DNA from: an uncultured delta proteobacterium
GTDB lineage: Bacteria > Desulfobacterota > Desulfomonilia > UBA1062
Assembly: GCA_963785235.1 (NCBI GenBank)
Contig: CAWAUM010000011.1
Coordinates: 233,724-297,723 of the forward strand
DNA length: 64,000 bases
Direction of reading: 5' to 3'
Of the stretch, positions 60,293 to 64,000 are shown piece by piece. Every line of letters starts with the position of its first letter. The first letter of the stretch is position 1. The position numbers and the translations under genes were made by a program. The notes beneath the pieces are model-generated. The model did no database searches and had not been told where the DNA came from. It saw only the letters and a program-made list of their open reading frames with translations.

Positions 60293-60963
60293 GTATTAAG
60301 AGGATACTCGTTGTGGACGATGAAGAGATCGTCCGTTATTCACTGAAAAATATCCTTACAACCAATGGGTTTGAGGTGGATGAAGTAGGCTCTGCCGAGG
60401 AAGCGCTCAAACTCCTCTATACCAAGAGCTTTCATCTGGTGCTCACCGACCTTGTGCTGGAAGGCATGGGCGGGCTTGAGTTGCTGGAGAACATCAAGGT
60501 TATATCGCCCAGGACACTGGTGATCGTGATTACGGGCTATGGTTCCCTGAAGACCGCTGTGGCTGCCCTGAGGCTCGGGGTGTACGACTATCTCCTCAAG
60601 CCCTGTGACGAAAATGAACTCGTTTTGAGGGTGCGCAGGGCGCTTGAGATGCAGGGTTACGGCACGGAACAGAAAAAACTCCATGAATTAAGCGCCATTG
60701 CCAAGACCGCGGTGACACTCTCGGACAAGATCAATACCCCGCTCAACATCATCCTGGGCAACATCGAGATGCTCGAGCTCAGCCCGGAGCTTGAGAGGAA
60801 CACCAAGATACAAGAGACACTTCATGTCATGGAAACGCAGATATTCACCATCAAGAAGGTAATGGATAAGCTGGCCAGCCTCACGAACGCCGATACCAAA
60901 AGATACCCGGCTTTAAGGGATTATGAGATTATTGATTTGACAAGCGAGGGGGCCAATGATTAG
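60289..60963 (+). CDS. Response regulator receiver fused to a DHp/HisKA-like domain lacking the phospho-accepting His and any ATPase domain
   Basis: REC (LVLTDLVLEGMGG, KP). Residues around 125-200 align to a HisKA H-box, but as SDKINTPLNIILGNIEML (Asp146 where His is expected). ATGA overlap with the upstream kinase. Confidence 0.7.
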   Translation: MSIKRILVVDDEEIVRYSLKNILTTNGFEVDEVGSAEEALKLLYTKSFHLVLTDLVLEGMGGLELLENIKVISPRTLVIVITGYGSLKTAVAALRLGVYDYLLKPCDENELVLRVRRALEMQGYGTEQKKLHELSAIAKTAVTLSDKINTPLNIILGNIEMLELSPELERNTKIQETLHVMETQIFTIKKVMDKLASLTNADTKRYPALRDYEIIDLTSEGAND

Positions 60964-61435
60964 TTCAAAGCAGATCCTGATCGTTGATGATTCCCATGAC
61001 CTGACCCATGTGATAGCGGATTTCCTGGGCATGTACGGATACCAGGTTCATACGGCGCACAATGGGTACGATGCCTTGGAATGTATGCACTCGCAGCATA
61101 TCCAGGTCGTGGTGAGCGACATCCATATGCCTCGCATGGATGGATTCACGCTGATGGGAGAGATCAAGGCAAAGTACCCCGAGGTGCCCATTGTCCTGAT
61201 TACGGGATTTTCCGTTAGCGAGGCCCAGAAAATGGCCTTTGACCATGGGGCTAATGCCTTTGTTGCAAAGCCCTTCAAACTCAAGGAGCTCAAGAGTGTG
61301 ATAGAATCGGTTTCACAAGAAGATATACACAACAGCATTGAGGAGGTAGATAATGAAGAAGACGACCAAGGTGAAGAAACCCCAGAAGGTTCTCTGCTAC
61401 ATCGATTATGCAAAGTACAGCGCCTTTATTGTTGA
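60956..61435 (+). CDS. Single-domain response regulator (CheY-like) with acidic tail
   Basis: ILIVDDSHD, VVVSDIHMPRMDG and KPF motifs. The 3' end overlaps the well-supported USP start by 83 nt, so the true stop may be misplaced by an indel. Confidence 0.75.
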   Translation: MISSKQILIVDDSHDLTHVIADFLGMYGYQVHTAHNGYDALECMHSQHIQVVVSDIHMPRMDGFTLMGEIKAKYPEVPIVLITGFSVSEAQKMAFDHGANAFVAKPFKLKELKSVIESVSQEDIHNSIEEVDNEEDDQGEETPEGSLLHRLCKVQRLYC

Positions 61436-61813
61436 TTATGCATACCAGCTCTCTTGCCTTATTGATGCAGAGCTCTTTGTCCTTCATACCGTCACCGACA
61501 TCAAGAATGCTGCGGGTTTTTATGTCCCCCACATCAATACCGACAAGCTTGAAGAGGAAGTAATAAGGCAGCCAAAGACAAGATGTATTCCATCTGCAGC
61601 CAGGTGGGTGATGATGTGATCGATGCGAAGCACAGGCTTGTCATGAGGGGAATTCCCATCGATGTGATCAATAAGGTGATCAAGGACAAGGCAATTGAGC
61701 TGCTCATTATCGGCCATGAGGTCAGCAAGGGTGCCCTTGCCGGGTTCAGGAGCGATTATGCGGAGAAGTTCATGAAGAACCCGTCGATTCCTTTCCTGGT
61801 CTTGCCGGTTTAA
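61353..61813 (+). CDS. Universal stress protein family (frame interrupted near 61570)
   Basis: GGAGG lies 6 nt upstream of the ATG. KVLCYIDYAKYS..AELFVLHTV, then GDDVIDAKHRLVMRGIPIDVINKVIKDKAIELLIIGHE in a second frame. Confidence 0.7.
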
Positions 61814-61943
61814 TAAGGCTTATGGATGACATGATCCCAACTGTAGCCTGAGGCGGGATCTTTCCTTTTACGGACATCATCAAGTGGCGCCTGGTTTGAA
61901 CAAGAACCCCAGGGACTGCTCCGGGGTATAAAAGACAAGGCCT

Positions 61944-62715
61944 TTATCTTCTCTTAGCATCAGGATACGGGCACCCATGTGCATTTTTCATCCAGGGCGG
62001 GATGAGGGCAGCCTTAGCCCCCATCAGTGAAGGGTTATACCTGTGCTGCAGGATGGAGACCATGAGTTCATAGGTGTCCATTTTATCAATATCCCCGATA
62101 AAAACCCTCATGAAAGGACTCTTCAAGCGATGCCCTCCACTGACGCTCCAGGGGAAGGCCTTTTATGATTTCAATGGTCCCCGGAGCTGCTTCCTGGCGG
62201 AATAGAACTCAATTGCGTCCCCCCTGCCCGAGAAGTCGATACCGGCAGGGATGCATGCAGACAGGCTATCTGAACTCGCCAATGAACATGGAAGCTCGGT
62301 TGCCTTGATGGCTTCCGGCAGGAGGAACAGCTCAGGGGAGTTTCTCATGCTCGTGCCCATATAGTATGCATAGATCGACAGCGCGATGATGAAGATGCCG
62401 AAAAAGAAACGCAGGGGTTCCTTGTCTGGTTTCTTATTTAGAACCATTTGGGATGGATGGGTTTGTTGGAGAAAGTTTCCTTTTGTGTGCGTGTCGTAGT
62501 CATGCCCTATAGGGGGCTCTTCGAGGTATTCGTGCATGCGTTCTTCAGGCATGGGCCTCCCGGTCCTGTTCAGGCGGCCTGTCTGCATCCTTGCCGGCAG
62601 CCGTGTACTGCCCGAGGCGTTTCAGCAGCGCGGGAAGAACCAGGAAGAGGAGGAGGAGAATGATAGGCAGGAGTGAGTTAATGTCAATGGCAAAGGAGTT
62701 TCTTTCCATAATCAT
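61944..62715 (-). CDS. Hypothetical membrane protein(s); three fragments that may be one gene
   Basis: A 56-aa ORF at 62545-62715 ([33 protein letters not shown] helix). Then 62163-62588 (second TM helix FFFGIFIIALSIYAYYM). Then 61944-62126, in the same frame as the second fragment after an in-frame TAA at 62163-62165. No recognisable motif. Confidence 0.3.
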
Positions 62716-63352
62716 ATGATAATAACATAACGATCAAGTGAGTAAACACAAAAAATTTATCGTAGTACCTGGTCAGTCTCATGGAAGTTATGATCTGAGT
62801 CCAGAGTTCATCCATGCCGTCACCCTTGGCGGCAGAGGTTATAACCGGAGACAGCCCGCACTGCTTTGAAGCTCGGATGCACGCTTGAGCCGCTGGCCGT
62901 AGCTCAGCTTGTCGGTCTTGGTGGCAACGAGTACGACCTTGGCCGGGCTTTTCGCCATGAGTTCAATGAGCATACGCTCCTCATCCTTCAAGGTCCCTGC
63001 GTATGTCCACAAGCAGCATGACGAGCTTCAGTTCGTTGTTGTTCGAGAGATATGTGGCAATCAGCTCGTCCCAGTTCTGGCTTATGGTCCTTGGATACCT
63101 TGGCATAGCCATAGCCCGGCAGGTCCACCAGATAGATGGAGGGCTGGTCCACCAGGTCCACCCGGAAGAAGTTGACGGCCCTGGGTCTTGCCCGGCATCT
63201 TGCTTGTTTTTACCAGGGATTTGCGGTTCACCAGCGTGTTGATGAGCGAGGACTTGCCCACATTCGATCTGCCTGCAAAGGCGAACTGGGGAAGCCCGGC
63301 GCTTGATGGGGAAAGGGCCCGGCAAAGGTGCGTCGCGTATTTTCACCTTCAT
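62684..63352 (-). CDS. engB: Ribosome biogenesis GTPase EngB/YsxC (at least four frame interruptions)
   Basis: Pieces in different frames: [33 protein letters not shown] (G1), [14 protein letters not shown] (G3), [40 protein letters not shown] (G4), [12 protein letters not shown]. The ATG overlaps the aminotransferase stop (ATGA). Confidence 0.7.
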
Positions 63353-64000
63353 AGGCTTTTCAGATAGGAGGCCACCCGGGACACCCCCTCCACGATGTTT
63401 TTCTCCGAGTTGGCGTAGGAGAACCGGATATACCCTTCAGCCCCGGGCCCGAAATCGATGCCCGGGGTAACACCCACGCCCGTGTGCTCCAGGATATCCA
63501 TGGCAAACAGGCAGGGAGTCGGTGCAAAGATCGCCCATGTTCACCAGGACATAAAAGGCGCCGGTGGGCTCCACCTCCACGTTGAACCCGTGCCGGGACA
63601 TCTCGGCGAGCATGACCTTTCTCCGGCCGGCAAAGGTCTGACTGCATGTCCTCCACATCCGCACCCGCCTCGGTGAGTGCCGCGACCCCTCCCCACTGGG
63701 CGATGGAGGGCGCGCAGATCATGAGGTTCTGCTGGATCTTCTGGGCGGTACGGATCAGTGACGGGGGGAAGACGGCCCATCCCAGCCTCCAGCCGGTCAT
63801 GGCATAGGCCTTGGAGAAGCCGTTGATGACGATGGCATTGTCCGTGAATTCAAGGATGGTGTGCTGCTCGGATTCATAGACCAGCCCGTGGTAGATCTCG
63901 TCGGAGATAATGGGGATGCCGAGGTTGCCAAGGCCTTCAGGTGCTCCGTGTCCAGGCAGACGCCCGTGGGGTTTGCCGGCGAGTTGATGAGCAGGGTTTT
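63349..64000 (-). CDS. Class I/II (aspartate-type) aminotransferase, C-terminal part; gene runs off the window end; at least three frame interruptions
   Basis: Pieces: NGFSKAYAMTGWRLGW (PLP-Lys region), [86 protein letters not shown]-stop. Confidence 0.75.

Noticed and set aside
61353-61435. 83-nt overlap between the single-domain response regulator and the USP gene as a programmed overlap or recoding site.
   Set aside because: The USP start has a strong RBS. The regulator's acidic tail is non-conserved-looking sequence, and a TAA-TGA pair sits in an alternative frame right at the USP start. An indel that displaced the regulator's true stop is more likely.

Overview
This is a 64-kb chromosomal window from a diderm (Gram-negative-type) bacterium, roughly 50% GC by eye. 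Taxon is not assignable from sequence alone; LptE, secretins, sigma-32 and sigma-54 machinery suggest a proteobacterium-like, Desulfobacterota-like or Nitrospirota-like lineage. Most of the window is housekeeping: the pilMNOPQ type IVa pilus alignment genes, ftsB, dnaA, glgA, mtaB, polX, rpsT, holA-lptE-leuS, a class A PBP, rpoH-hsp20, the classical rpmH-rnpA-yidD-yidC-jag-mnmE-rsmG block, coaE and proC. Three parts are less ordinary. (1) A second, MSHA-like type IV filament gene cluster lies at 41.8-53.0 kb. It encodes a lipoprotein secretin, MshI/J/K-like alignment proteins, a platform protein, three prepilin-type proteins and a PilX_N-vWA-beta-propeller protein. Its ATPase carries two tandem MshEN-type c-di-GMP-binding motifs. 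(2) An adjacent signalling island at 56.2-61.8 kb encodes REC-GGDEF, HDOD, a GAF-PAS-HK-REC hybrid kinase, a REC fused to a His-less DHp-like domain, a single REC and a USP. (3) A family of perfect 23-26 bp palindromes occurs in intergenic gaps. Two copies share identical 17-nt flanks, and every stem difference between copies is mirrored in both arms. About 30 reading-frame disruptions (frameshifts plus two in-frame stops) interrupt otherwise well-conserved genes, including essential ones, and are densest in the last 11 kb. I read this as assembly or sequencing indel error rather than biology, but it must be checked against reads. By eye I recognised no rRNA, tRNA, CRISPR array, transposase, integrase or phage genes. 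All calls rest on hand translation and motif recognition; no database search was possible. I do not see a clearly unprecedented system. The MSHA-like cluster with its signalling neighbourhood and the palindromic element family are the best candidates for follow-up.
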